Assembly: GCA_963665275.2 (NCBI GenBank) | Contig: CAXXIN010000004.1 | Coordinates: forward strand, 1-64,000 | DNA from: Negativicutes bacterium | Lineage (GTDB): Bacteria; Bacillota; Negativicutes; UBA1444 | Length of the DNA stretch: 64,000 nt | Reading direction: 5' to 3' | Part shown: positions 1-10,190 of the stretch, piece by piece | Numbering within the stretch: position 1 is the first letter of the stretch | How the letters are laid out: every line of letters starts with the position of its first letter | Notes under the pieces: model-generated | What the model was told of the DNA's origin: nothing | The model's input: the letters and a program-made list of their open reading frames with translations, nothing else | Databases searched by the model: none | Position numbers and translations under genes: made by a program

Positions 1-1957
1 GATCGATAGCATACGGAACATCTCGGACATCGGCGCCATAGCCCTCACGATGCCCAAGCCGCCGCCAATCGGTTCCATCCCGAGAATTCGGCCTCGTTTA
101 CCGTTGAGATCACCGATGATATCGCCCATGTAAGATTCAGGTACAGTTACTTCCACGCTGTAAATCGGCTCGAGCAGCGTCGGTTTCGCCTGCACGACTC
201 CTTTACGGATGGCGAGGGCACTAGCGACCTTAAAAGACATCTCCGACGAATCGACGTCATGGTAAGACCCATCAGTCAGGGTTACCTTGATGTCCACCAA
301 TGGATATCCTGCAATAACACCCTTAGCGAACGCCTCACGCACGCCCTTTTCAACCGCAGGAATGAACTGCCGAGGTACAGAACCACCAAACGTTGCATCG
401 ATGAATTCAAATGGAGATCCTGAGTGCAAGGGATCAAGCTGCAGCCAGACATGTCCGTATTGACCGTGCCCGCCAGTCTGTTTCTTGTGTTTTCCTTCGA
501 CCTTTACTCCATTTTTGATCGTTTCGCGATAGGCAATTTTGGGATCGCTTAATTTAACATCGACAACCGAATTTTCTTTTCAGACGTTCAGCCATAATCG
601 CCAGATGCAGATCCCCTAAACCGCTTACAAGCAGTTGGCTCGTCTCCGGATGTTTCTTGAACTTCAGGGTTGGGTCTTCGTCCGCCAGGCGGGTCAACGC
701 GGCCCCAATTTTATCTTCGTCACCCTTATTCTTGGGTTCGAGGCAAAGTGTGAACATTTGCCTGGGATAGTCCAATGGCCGGGGAAAACCACTGATTTGT
801 CTTTATCGCACAGAGTGTCGCCGGTACCTGTTTCCGCCAGTTTGGCTACAACGACAATATCGCCTGCATTGCCAACAACCATGGGGTCTTGCGTTTTTCC
901 TCTCATGGTGAAGATACTGCCGATACGCTCTGTTTTGTCTTTAGTCGCATTATACAGCATGCTATCCGGTTTCAACACACCCGAAAATACCCGGATAAAA
1001 CTGAGTCTGCCGACGAACGGGTCCGCAGTTGTTTTGAAGACCAACGCGGAGAACGGATCGTTCACGCCTCGTGTTATGGGCTCCTCAGTTTTTGGCTTAA
1101 ACCCCTGTCACTTACCGTCTTGTTGGCGGAAGGCGCATACTGTGCCAGTGCATTCATAAAATCTGCAACACCGATGTTTTTCGCTGCAGATCCACCAAAA
1201 CACAGGAGAAAATCTTCCTTCGGAAATACCCCTTGACCAAGCCGAGCTTTATCTCTTCGTCCGTCAGTTCCTCGCCTTCAAGATACTTGGCCAACGCATC
1301 ATCATCGGCTTCTGCTGCAGCTTCGATCATCGTTAGTCGTGCAAGCTCTGCAGCGTCCTGCATTTCTTGGGGAATCTCAATTTCAGTCCCTTTACCACCC
1401 TTATAAGCAAACGCCTTCATGCCCACCAGGTCGATGATGCCCGAAAAAGCTTCCTGTGATCCGATTGGCAGCTGTAACGGGATTATACTCCCCCCAAAAG
1501 ACGCCTTCATAGCTTCGACAGTTGCGTCGAAATCGGCATTCTCGCGATCCATTTTATTGACAAATGCAATCCGCGGCAATTTCTGTTCCACGGCATATTT
1601 CCAGACTTTTTCGGTTTCAACTTCCACGCCGGAAGCCGCGCATAAAACAACGACAGCCGCATCAACGGCCCGCAGTGCGCCTTTTACTTCGGCTACGAAA
1701 TCCGAATACCCAGGAGTATCCACGACATTGATTTTGAAATCTTTCCATTCGCAGGGCGCCAAAGCGGCACTGATACTGACCTTCCGTTTGACTTCCTCTG
1801 CTTCGAAATCGGTGGTCGCCGAGCCGTCATCTACGCGTCCCAGTCGGGTAACTGCCCCGGCGTTGAACAGCATGGCCTCGGTCAGAGAAGTTTTTCCGGC
1901 GCCACCGTGAGCGACAATGCCCACATTTTTGATCCTGTCACTTTTGTACTCTTTCAA
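1..1957 (-). pseudogene. fusA: Elongation factor G paralog (EF-G2 type), interrupted by several frameshifts and truncated by the window edge; probably sequencing/assembly indels rather than a true pseudogene
   Basis: Successive EF-G segments lie in different frames: AHGGAGKTS/DTPGYSDF/NKMD (1154-1957), FKTTADPFVGRLSFIRVFSG (694-1065), EDPTL..SGLGDLHL (554-775), then PKIAYRETIK..KKQTGGHGQYGHV continuing to position 1. Frame breaks occur near 1080-1230, 780 and 565. Confidence 0.9.
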
Positions 1958-2090
1958 ATCGGGCCCCTCCTATTTTGTCATATTCACCAGTACGGGAAAA
2001 GTTTTCTATTAACTTCTCTCTTTAATTAGCATTTTCCTGCCGATTCTGACGATTCAAACAAATAGATAGGAGAAATTTTACTGGCCACGT

Positions 2091-2128
2091 AAAACCTGAC
2101 CCGCTGTGAAGTCACAGCGGGTCAGGTT
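2091..2128 (-). terminator. Rho-independent terminator after the cobalamin adenosyltransferase gene
   Basis: Inverted repeat AACCTGACCCGCTGTGA/TCACAGCGGGTCAGGTT with a T-run on the minus strand. Confidence 0.75.
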
Positions 2129-2136
2129 GATTCGAT

Positions 2137-2646
2137 TTAATTTTCGGTTATTTCAGTTTCTGCCCGGGATAGGGTAAAGCAAAGGTCGGACAAACGATTC
2201 AGCACCATGATTAATGATCCGTCTATCGGCTCCTGCCGTGAAAGGCGCCACACTTGACGTTCCGCCCGACGAGTTGTAGTTCGCGCCACGTCTAGGGCTG
2301 CCGCACCCGGATTATCGCCCGGAATAATAAAGTGATTCAACGGCGTCATGCGGGCGGTAAAGGAATCAATCAACCCCTCAAGCTGAGCCACATCGGCTTC
2401 CGTCGTATAGGGAGGCGCGCCGATGCTCGCCAGATCGGACATTACGCGTTGCATCAGAAGTTTTTGCAGTTCCTGAATCGCAGTACGAACCTCTGCGTTT
2501 TTCACTAGAGCTCTCGCCATCCCGAGGGCGGAATTGATTTCATCGACATGGCCATAAGCCTCTACACGCAGACTGTCCTTGTCAATGCGCTGCCCCGTAT
2601 AGAGACCGGTTGTCCCATGATCTCCTGTTTTCGTATAAATTTTCAT
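2137..2646 (-). CDS. ATP:cob(I)alamin adenosyltransferase, PduO type
   Basis: N-terminal KIYTKTGDxGTT, RVEAYGxVDE, RRAER and NRLSD motifs. Confidence 0.93.
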   Translation of the reverse strand: MKIYTKTGDHGTTGLYTGQRIDKDSLRVEAYGHVDEINSALGMARALVKNAEVRTAIQELQKLLMQRVMSDLASIGAPPYTTEADVAQLEGLIDSFTARMTPLNHFIIPGDNPGAAALDVARTTTRRAERQVWRLSRQEPIDGSLIMVLNRLSDLCFTLSRAETEITEN

Positions 2647-2666
2647 AGCTTCTCCGCCCCGCTTTT

Positions 2667-3080
2667 TTAAAATATTTCACTGGGAGCAAAAAACAAAGAA
2701 ATTTCCCTTGCTGCACTTTCGGGGCCGTCCGAACCATGAATAACATTGTTGGACATCGAAAGCGCCAAATCACCACGAATCGTCCCCGGAGTCGCCTCCA
2801 ATGGATTAGTAGCCCCCATCATAGCGCGCACGACACGGATAGCGCCATCCCCTTCCACAACCATGGCCATGACGGGACCTGAAGTAATAAAGTCGACCAG
2901 TCCCGGAAAGAATGGCTTTCCTACATGTTCCGCATAATGTTTTTCTGCCATTTCGCGCGTTATCAAGCACAGCCTCAGAGCCGCCAGACGCAGCCCCCGC
3001 TTTTCAAACCGACCGATAATTGCGCCGCCCAGACCACGATTCACGCCATCAGGTTTGACTAATACCAGCGTCTTTTCCAT
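2667..3080 (-). CDS. ndk: Nucleoside-diphosphate kinase
   Basis: KPDGV, GATNP..A.PGTIRGD and NVIHGSD active-site His motif. Confidence 0.97.
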   Translation of the reverse strand: MEKTLVLVKPDGVNRGLGGAIIGRFEKRGLRLAALRLCLITREMAEKHYAEHVGKPFFPGLVDFITSGPVMAMVVEGDGAIRVVRAMMGATNPLEATPGTIRGDLALSMSNNVIHGSDGPESAAREISLFFAPSEIF

Positions 3081-3118
3081 AACACACCTCTCCTAATTGT
3101 TTTTGCTGCCTGCCGAAA

Positions 3119-4210
3119 TCAACCCAACAATTCCTGCATTTTTTTCTCATCAAGCTTTTTGAGCAGTTCGATGATCAAATTCACGGTCGCATTATAATCT
3201 TTCCGGCTGATAATCCCATTATGGGAATGAATATAACGGGTCGGAACCGATAGGACGATACTCGGAACGCCCTGCGCATGCAGGTGAATTCGGCCACCAT
3301 CCGTTCCGCCGCCTTCAGAAAACTCCAGTTGGTAGGGAATTCCAGATACCTTGGCCGTCTCCAGCACGAAGTCCCGCAACCGCACATGGGGAATCATCGA
3401 TGCATCGTAAATACAGATCGCAACCCCTGCTCCAAGCTTCGCAGAAGCCTGGTCTTCGCTCATGCCGGGGGTATCGCCAGCAATGCAAGTGTCAACCGCA
3501 ATAGCGACATGAGGCCCGATAACGTCGGCACTTGTCTTAGCACCGCGGCAGCCAACTTCCTCTTGAACCGTCCCCACACCGAACACTGTATTGGGATGTT
3601 TAATACTGCCCAGTTTCTGCAAAACGTCTGTGAGCACCGCGCATCCTACCCGATCATCCCAGGCCTTGCCTACGAGAAGATCTGGATTTGCCATCGGCGT
3701 AAACGGAGTGAACGGAACCACTGGAACGCCAGGGGTTACCCCCATCGTATCCTCTGCGTCCTTCTTGTCAGCCGCGCCAATATCAATATACATTTCCTTC
3801 TTCATAACCATTTTCTTTCGTTCTTCCGCCGAAAGCACATGTGGAGGCTTAGATCCAATAACTCCAGGGATATCTCCTTTAGGTGACATCACCGTAACAC
3901 GCTGACCCAGCATGACCTGCTCCCACCAGCCGCCAAGCGTCACAAACTTCAGAAAGCCTTCTTTGGTTACAGACTTCACCAGGAAGCCAATTTCATCCAT
4001 ATGGGCGGCCAACATGATTCCGGGGCCGTTTCCCAACCCCTGCTTTTTGAATATCACGCTGCCAATCTTATCTTCCAGAACTTCACATTTTCCTTCCAGA
4101 CGTCGAATCATTAGATCCCGTACCCGCCGTTCAAAGCCGGACGGTCCAGGAACTTCTGAAATTTCCTGCAACCAATTCAACAACTCATCTGATTTCTTCT
4201 TTTTATCCAC
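3119..4210 (-). CDS. M42 family (TET/FrvX-like) aminopeptidase
   Basis: AAHMDEIG, GKAWDDRVG, VQEEVGCRGA, GGTDGG, PTRYIHS motifs; GTG at 4210 chosen as start (ORF track starts at 4234). Confidence 0.93.
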   Translation of the reverse strand: MDKKKKSDELLNWLQEISEVPGPSGFERRVRDLMIRRLEGKCEVLEDKIGSVIFKKQGLGNGPGIMLAAHMDEIGFLVKSVTKEGFLKFVTLGGWWEQVMLGQRVTVMSPKGDIPGVIGSKPPHVLSAEERKKMVMKKEMYIDIGAADKKDAEDTMGVTPGVPVVPFTPFTPMANPDLLVGKAWDDRVGCAVLTDVLQKLGSIKHPNTVFGVGTVQEEVGCRGAKTSADVIGPHVAIAVDTCIAGDTPGMSEDQASAKLGAGVAICIYDASMIPHVRLRDFVLETAKVSGIPYQLEFSEGGGTDGGRIHLHAQGVPSIVLSVPTRYIHSHNGIISRKDYNATVNLIIELLKKLDEKKMQELLG

Positions 4211-4301
4211 TTTATCTCTCCCGCCTCTTTGCATTAGTTAATCTCATACTACAAAATACGACCCCCTGATATTTCAGAGGGCCGCAAGCCTTCATTTAAA
4301 A

Positions 4302-5171
4302 TCAGCGCATCGACTGTGCTAATTCCTGAAGTTTTTGAATTCTGGAATCCGTGGGCGGATGCGTACTAAACAGGTTCATCAGTGCAGCGCCCGACCCTGA
4401 GAACGGATTGATAATAAACATGTGGGAAGTCGCCGGAGTCGCTTCAGGCATCACGCGATTTTGCGCATAATACTCAATCTTTTTTAGCGCAGAAGCAAGT
4501 GCCAAGGGTTGTTCAGTCAGCCGTCCGGCAGACTCATCTGCCATGTATTCCCGGGAGCGCGAAATGGCAAACTGGATCACCGCTGCAGCTAGCGGCGCAA
4601 CAATGATCATGAACAGGTAACCGACGATACCACCACCGCCGGAATTTTCATCGTCGTTGCTGCGTCCAAAGCCGAACATAGCCGCCCATTGCGCCACATT
4701 GGCCAGCATCGTGATCGCACCGGCAATCGAAGAAACCATGGTACTGATGAGTGTGTCCCGATGTTTCACATGGCTAAGTTCATGAGCCATGACACCTTCC
4801 AATTCCGCAGTAGTCAAACCCCGCATAAGCGATGAAGTCACCGCCACGGCGGCATGTTCAGGGTCCCGCCCCGTCGCGAAAGCGTTGGGAGTATCTGTAT
4901 CAATGATATAAACCCGCGGCATCGGCAGGTTGTCTTTTCGAGCCAAGTTCGCCACTAGTTTCACCAGTTCAGGTGCAGTTTGGGCATCCACTTCCCTCGC
5001 TCCGTACATACTGAGAACGATCTTGTCACTGTACCAGTAGCTAAAAAAGTTCATCAGCATGGACACAACAAACATCACGGTCATCCCGCGAGTCCCGCCA
5101 AAGAAACTTCCGGCCGTGATTAGCAGGCCGGTCAGCGCAGCCAACAATACGGTCGTTTTAAGGGTATTCAC
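4302..5171 (-). CDS. htpX: Membrane zinc metalloprotease HtpX
   Basis: PNAFATGR, AHELSH (HExxH), SRSREYMAD, FSTHPP; GGAGG RBS before GTG. Confidence 0.95.
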   Translation of the reverse strand: MNTLKTTVLLAALTGLLITAGSFFGGTRGMTVMFVVSMLMNFFSYWYSDKIVLSMYGAREVDAQTAPELVKLVANLARKDNLPMPRVYIIDTDTPNAFATGRDPEHAAVAVTSSLMRGLTTAELEGVMAHELSHVKHRDTLISTMVSSIAGAITMLANVAQWAAMFGFGRSNDDENSGGGGIVGYLFMIIVAPLAAAVIQFAISRSREYMADESAGRLTEQPLALASALKKIEYYAQNRVMPEATPATSHMFIINPFSGSGAALMNLFSTHPPTDSRIQKLQELAQSMR

Positions 5172-5240
5172 CGTTATTACACCTCCATACTATTTTCAGA
5201 AGTACAGTTCATAATTGAACTTAAAACATATTATACCATA

Positions 5241-5268
5241 AATAAAGCCGCAGAAAAATCTGCGGCTT
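5241..5268 (-). terminator. Terminator after motB
   Basis: AAGCCGCAGA/TCTGCGGCTT hairpin followed by a T-rich tail on the minus strand. Confidence 0.6.
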
Positions 5269-5287
5269 ACGTGACTTTGAGGATGAA

Positions 5288-6094
5288 TCAAGTGTTGGAT
5301 TGTTTCTGTGCTCTGATGATCCAGACCTCGACCCGCCGATTTTTTGCCCGATCTTCATTGGTGAGGTTTGGCCGCAACGGGCGGTATTCTCCGTAGCCGA
5401 CTGCACTAAAATTTTGCGGTTTCAGAGCATTTTCCTGCGATAAAAGATACCGCATAAAATTGACCGCCCGTGTCCCGCTAAGTTCCCAATTTGAAGGGAA
5501 CTGTCCAGTATTTATCGGCACGTTGTCGGTATGTCCCGCCACGACAATTTGCTGCGGCAATCCCACCAGCATTTTTGCGATATCACCAGCCAGCTTTCGG
5601 GACTCAGGGCGCAAATAGGCCTCTCCCGAAGGAAAAAGTGCTGAATCCTTAATCCGCAACCTAAGACCATCATCTGTGGAGAGGGTTTCCAACTGTGCTG
5701 CCAGTCCTTGTGTCCGGATATATTGATCTATAATTTCCTTGAGTTGCAGAAGCTGAACGGTTTCTCTCAGCGCCTCCTGTGTCTGCCTTTGCGCACTTCC
5801 GACAGAGGTAGGTACAACGGTAAAATTATTCGGCGCATCCGGATTTGATGCTCCAGGTGGAATATCGACCGGCACTATTTGCGGGGCCATTCGATCGAAA
5901 GGCATGACAGCAACGGATCCGCCGCCAAAGGCAACATGAAAAGAGCGGCCCATTTCACCCATTTTCTTTTCATCTGTTTTCCCCATAGCAAACAACACGA
6001 TAAACAACGCAAGCAAGAGCGTCAACAAATCAGCATAGGGGACAAGCCAGGTTTCATCTGGATGCTCTTCGTGATGCGGTGCTCGTTTACTCAA
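5288..6094 (-). CDS. motB: Flagellar stator protein MotB
   Basis: WLVPYADLLTLLLALFIVLF transmembrane helix with conserved Asp; OmpA-like domain GHTDNVPI, NWELSGTRA, NRRVE. Confidence 0.95.
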   Translation of the reverse strand: MSKRAPHHEEHPDETWLVPYADLLTLLLALFIVLFAMGKTDEKKMGEMGRSFHVAFGGGSVAVMPFDRMAPQIVPVDIPPGASNPDAPNNFTVVPTSVGSAQRQTQEALRETVQLLQLKEIIDQYIRTQGLAAQLETLSTDDGLRLRIKDSALFPSGEAYLRPESRKLAGDIAKMLVGLPQQIVVAGHTDNVPINTGQFPSNWELSGTRAVNFMRYLLSQENALKPQNFSAVGYGEYRPLRPNLTNEDRAKNRRVEVWIIRAQKQSNT

Positions 6095-6100
6095 ATGAAA

Positions 6101-6886
6101 TCAACCTCCCTCGCTGGAATCCTTCAGCGATTTGCGGCTAGAAGCCGGCAAAAACACCATCAATTTGGCCTCGATCGCTACCGGCGAGTCACCGGCTTGC
6201 AACGACAAGATCCCTTCCACCATCATCCGCCTCAGCTCGACTTCCTCGTTGGACATTAGTTTCAATTTATTTGCGAATGGATGCCACATCACATAGCCGG
6301 TAAAAATACCAAACATCGTCGCCACAAAAGCTGCCGCAATCGCATGCCCCAAGGCATCAATATCCGCCATATTTCCGAGAGCCGCGATCAGGCCGATAAC
6401 TGCGCCGAGCACCCCCAGCGTTGGTGCATACATTCCCGCCTGGGAAAATATCAGCGCACCTGTCCGGTGGCGTTCTTCCATCAGGGCGATATCAAGTTCC
6501 AATACATCCCGTACGAACGTCCCGTCCATGCCATCGATGACCATGGTCAATCCACCTCGTAGAAACTGATCGTTGACGCCCGTCAAACTGTTCTCCAGTG
6601 CGAGCAGTCCCTCCCGCCGCGCCGTCTGGGCAAAGCCAACCATGATTTTAACCAGTTCCGCCGCGTGCATGAGCTGCGGTTTTTTGATCAACAGTTTGAA
6701 ATACGTCGGCATTTTTTTGATAATTGCCATAGGAAATGCATTCAACAAAGCGCCAAAGGTCCCAACAAAAATAATCAGAAACGCAGCCGGATTGATCAAA
6801 ACTTCCGGTGGCGCTCCTTTCATTGCCATGCCCACAACTACTGCCAACAGGCCGACGATCATCCCCGCAACTGTCGAAATCTCCAA
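6101..6886 (-). CDS. motA: Flagellar stator protein MotA
   Basis: ARREGLLALE, YAPTLGVLGAVIGL, AFVATMFG..HPFANKL; TTG start at 6886 after a GGGGGA RBS. Confidence 0.95.
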   Translation of the reverse strand: MEISTVAGMIVGLLAVVVGMAMKGAPPEVLINPAAFLIIFVGTFGALLNAFPMAIIKKMPTYFKLLIKKPQLMHAAELVKIMVGFAQTARREGLLALENSLTGVNDQFLRGGLTMVIDGMDGTFVRDVLELDIALMEERHRTGALIFSQAGMYAPTLGVLGAVIGLIAALGNMADIDALGHAIAAAFVATMFGIFTGYVMWHPFANKLKLMSNEEVELRRMMVEGILSLQAGDSPVAIEAKLMVFLPASSRKSLKDSSEGG

Positions 6887-6950
6887 ATTTATCCCCCCAT
6901 AATGTCCAGGGAACTGCGCCACGGCAGCTCAAACCAACTCTTCAAAATTA

Positions 6951-6978
6951 TTATCGAATAATTTACTGATAAACTGAA
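6951..6978 (-). promoter_or_regulatory. Putative sigma28 (SigD/FliA) promoter for motAB
   Basis: Minus strand TTCAGTTT-N12-TTCGATAA resembles TAAAGTTT-N11/12-GCCGATAA and lies just upstream of motA. Confidence 0.6.
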
Positions 6979-7071
6979 CTGTTTTCGAAAAGAAAGTCAC
7001 CGAAAGAATCCAATGCGAATATTATACGTCATCCTAGTGCGCTGCACAAACAACGCCTAAAAACAATGCAC

Positions 7072-7791
7072 CTACTTGCCGATTTCAACGCGTAATATAT
7101 CCGCAAGTTCTTGATACGGGATGAGCATTTTTACAAATCCTTCACTATAGGGAGCGATCTCATAAAGCTGAAAAAAGAGAACGACGCCGTCGTTCGTTAA
7201 ATAAAAACCAGAACCCGTCCCTACCCCCTTGAACCCCCATAAAGGCAGTTTTCGGGCTAGTCCTTCTCTTCGGACGACCTCGTTCAGTCTGCTGGCGTAG
7301 TCTGCGCCAGAAACGAACAAATCTGCCAAGTCATACTCGCTTCCGGTTCGCAGATCAAGGGTAGAAGCACTCATCCAACTCATCCCATGTGCGCCACCCG
7401 TATATTGATAAGTTTTTTGCGTAACGCTGACAAAGCGCTCATCATTGCGAAACACTTCATATCCAGCTCTAAAAGTCATGGCATTCTTCATGTGATCTGG
7501 AATTTGCGAATCAGCACGCATCTTCAAGGCAACCGTTTCGAACTTGTCGAATGCCTGAAGCACAACATTTCGATAGCTTTCGTTGAATTTGCTCAAAAGT
7601 CTCGGTTCCATCCCACTTTCAAACTGAGGAATCGTCGCAACAAAAAAATCACCCTGCTCAATTTTCAACGGAGTTACCAGCACTGCCGCAGCTACGGGTT
7701 GGATATGAAAAAGCAGTAACAACACAGCTATACCACAAACTCCGCACAACCCCAACCTTCTCTCTCTCCAAAGAACTCGATGCATATACAA
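7072..7791 (-). CDS. Exported DUF3298/DUF4163 (PdaC/RsiV-like) protein
   Basis: Signal-peptide-like N-terminus; YTGGAHG and FYLTxDGVVLFFQxYEIAPYSEG motifs. Confidence 0.8.
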   Translation of the reverse strand: MYMHRVLWRERRLGLCGVCGIAVLLLLFHIQPVAAAVLVTPLKIEQGDFFVATIPQFESGMEPRLLSKFNESYRNVVLQAFDKFETVALKMRADSQIPDHMKNAMTFRAGYEVFRNDERFVSVTQKTYQYTGGAHGMSWMSASTLDLRTGSEYDLADLFVSGADYASRLNEVVRREGLARKLPLWGFKGVGTGSGFYLTNDGVVLFFQLYEIAPYSEGFVKMLIPYQELADILRVEIGK

Positions 7792-7925
7792 CCCCTACTC
7801 CTTTTCACTTATGCTGGGTACCGGCGCCGCCGGTCCTTTTTTTTTGGATTACTACTTTATGCGAGGGCGCTCTAGTCCTCCCAAGAGTGTTTCGTTGATC
7901 ATCATCCAATTTCCTTTTGCGATAC

Positions 7926-7955
7926 AAAAAAAAGACCACCTTTCTATAGGCGGCC
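7926..7955 (-). terminator. Terminator downstream of the 33-aa small ORF
   Basis: Minus strand GGCCGCCT-loop-AGGTGGTC followed by a T8 tract. Confidence 0.65.
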
Positions 7956-7996
7956 CCAAATCCCATTATGAGTCACATAATCTCTCCAGCCCGTAT

Positions 7997-8098
7997 TTAC
8001 AGAATGGCGAACGATAGAAGGATTGCTTCGGCGATAAAGAAGACAGTCGCTACCTTTGCCGTTCTTTTTTCCCGTTCCGCCAAAATAACCTGATACAT
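7997..8098 (-). CDS. Small hydrophobic protein, 33 aa (MYQVILAEREKRTAKVATVFFIAEAILLSFAIL), not in the ORF track
   Basis: AAGGGGG RBS 8 nt before ATG, C-terminal transmembrane-like segment, own terminator downstream, separated from feoB by another terminator. Confidence 0.6.
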   Translation of the reverse strand: MYQVILAEREKRTAKVATVFFIAEAILLSFAIL

Positions 8099-8209
8099 CG
8101 TTTCAACCCCCTTTAGTTTGTCATACTTATCTTTGTCAAAATATTATCATATTTATATTTGTCTGACAAGTATGTTTTTTTAGAATTTCCTGTTAATTTT
8201 TTTCCGCAC

Positions 8210-8237
8210 AAAAAAAGTGGGCAGTTTTGCCCCACTT
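8210..8237 (-). terminator. Terminator after feoB
   Basis: AAGTGGG..CCCACTT hairpin with a T7 tract on the minus strand. Confidence 0.65.
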
Positions 8238-8267
8238 CACGAAACCAACTATTGAAAAACCTTTCGC

Positions 8268-10190
8268 TCAGAAAAACAAGCTCCCCAGGTAAAAACTCAG
8301 GCTCCCCAGAACAACTGCCGAAACAACACTGCCAAGCGCGCCATAAACGACGATGCGCCAATCCCGAGTTTCCTGATACATAGTAACCAGTGTCGTCACG
8401 CAGGGAGTATAGATCATATAAACCAACAAGAACGTAAACGCTGTCAGCGGTGAAAAATTATGGATCAAAATATCGGCAAGATTCCCCGAACCTTGCGCTG
8501 CATGATAGATGATGCCCAAGCTCGACAACACACTTTCTTTCGCCGCTATGCCGAATAGGAGCGCCACAATGAGCTGCCAGTTCAAACCCATGAGGTTTCC
8601 GATCGGCTCCATGGCCTTTCCAATATGGACGATATAGGTATTTTCAAACGGTCCTGCGGGAAAGTTCGACAGACACCACATCACGACTGAGGAAGCGATG
8701 ATAACATTGCGGATTCTGTGGACAAAATTCAGGGTCATCCACGCCGCAGAACTGGTCAGACTCTGCAACGTCGGTTTCTGATAAGGCGGAAGCTCCATCA
8801 TAAAGGAACTTTCGCCTTCCCGCGGAATGAACCAGCTGACGATATAAGCCACCACAACCATCAGGGCCAGGCTAATTCCCAGCAAGGCTAACATAACCAG
8901 CGTGGCTGACGAAGAAACAAAAAAAGCCGAAACCAAAAATACCATAACCCCGAGCCGAGCCGGGCAAGGCGCGTAAGAGCTGACCAGTATTGCCACCGTT
9001 CGGTCGTAAGGACTCGAGAGAATGCGGGAAGCGAGAATACCGTTAACATTGCAGCTGCAACCAAGAACCAGCGGTAAAAAAGTCTTTCCATTCATCCCCA
9101 GCGCACTCATGATTCTATCAGCCAAAAACACCACGCGTACCATATAGCCGCTGTCTTGAATCAAAGTATAAAACAGGAAGAACATAGCCATCTGCGGCAG
9201 AAAACCCACAGCAGCCCCAACCCCTTTCAGGATCCCGCCAACAACGAGATCAGCGAGAAGTGGCGGTACACTTACCGAAATTAGCCAAGGCTCAAACATC
9301 TCACCGGCGATATCAAAAAATTGAGCCAACCATTCTGAAGCAGGCCGACTGACGGCAAAAGTCAGATAAAACATCACGCCAAAAACAAGCAACATTAAAG
9401 GGCCGCCCCATATTGGATGTAAGGTCCAGCGGTCGATCCTGTCCGAAAAAGTTTCACCCGTCGAGCGTTTTGCCGCAATTCGCGCAGCGATATCTTCTGC
9501 GATATTGTAACGAGTACTGATGATTTCACTTTGCAGAACATCGCTTTCCGTTTCCAGTTGTTTCAGCAGTTGCCAACGGGCGCTGCCATAATTGCTGTCC
9601 TTGATGGCGCCTTTACGTTCAGCGAGCATCCGTTCAACCTTTTCACCGTACCGGATCGCATAGCTGCGCCGCGGCAACAAAGGATCCGCAACTTCAAGCA
9701 CCGTTGCAAAGAGCTCTTCGGTGCTCAGCCGCCCTTGGGCCACTTCAGGAGTAACCGGTACTTGAAGTTCCGATTCGAGCCGATCGTGAAATACAATGAT
9801 CGACTGTTCCAAGGCCGCATCAACTTTATTGAGGATCACCATCACATGATGGTACCGTTCCAGCGTCTCCAGTAGTAGATAGAGGCCCCGTTCCAGGTTC
9901 ATCGCATCGAGAACCACCATGACAACATCAGGAGACTCTTCACGTAAAAAGTCATTCACCAGAACTTCTTCTGAAGAATGACTGCCAAATCCATATATGC
10001 CGGGGAGATCTGTAAAATGGAACTCCCTTTTTTGGTAGTGTACCGCCATGGTGCAAACCTCAGTGGTTTTGCCGCACCAATTGCCGATAATTTGACTTGC
10101 ACCTGTTATCGAATTAAAAAGGACGCTTTTCCCAACGTTCGGGTTTCCAATGATTGCAACACTGACAGGTTGATTGATTCCATCTTTCAC
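8268..10190 (-). CDS. feoB: Ferrous iron transporter FeoB
   Basis: G-domain GNPNVGKS, DLPG, NKVD; membrane domain with DSGYM, GCSCNV, CPARL, FMMELPPY, YTPC. Confidence 0.95.
   Translation of the reverse strand: MKDGINQPVSVAIIGNPNVGKSVLFNSITGASQIIGNWCGKTTEVCTMAVHYQKREFHFTDLPGIYGFGSHSSEEVLVNDFLREESPDVVMVVLDAMNLERGLYLLLETLERYHHVMVILNKVDAALEQSIIVFHDRLESELQVPVTPEVAQGRLSTEELFATVLEVADPLLPRRSYAIRYGEKVERMLAERKGAIKDSNYGSARWQLLKQLETESDVLQSEIISTRYNIAEDIAARIAAKRSTGETFSDRIDRWTLHPIWGGPLMLLVFGVMFYLTFAVSRPASEWLAQFFDIAGEMFEPWLISVSVPPLLADLVVGGILKGVGAAVGFLPQMAMFFLFYTLIQDSGYMVRVVFLADRIMSALGMNGKTFLPLVLGCSCNVNGILASRILSSPYDRTVAILVSSYAPCPARLGVMVFLVSAFFVSSSATLVMLALLGISLALMVVVAYIVSWFIPREGESSFMMELPPYQKPTLQSLTSSAAWMTLNFVHRIRNVIIASSVVMWCLSNFPAGPFENTYIVHIGKAMEPIGNLMGLNWQLIVALLFGIAAKESVLSSLGIIYHAAQGSGNLADILIHNFSPLTAFTFLLVYMIYTPCVTTLVTMYQETRDWRIVVYGALGSVVSAVVLGSLSFYLGSLFF

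Noticed and set aside
554-1236. Programmed ribosomal frameshifting in fusA
   Set aside because: There are several independent indels with no consistent slippery heptamer or stimulator; sequence error is the simpler explanation.
5206-5221. LexA (Cheo) box at htpX
   Set aside because: Half-site order and spacing are GTTC-N6-GAAC, not GAAC-N4-GTTC.
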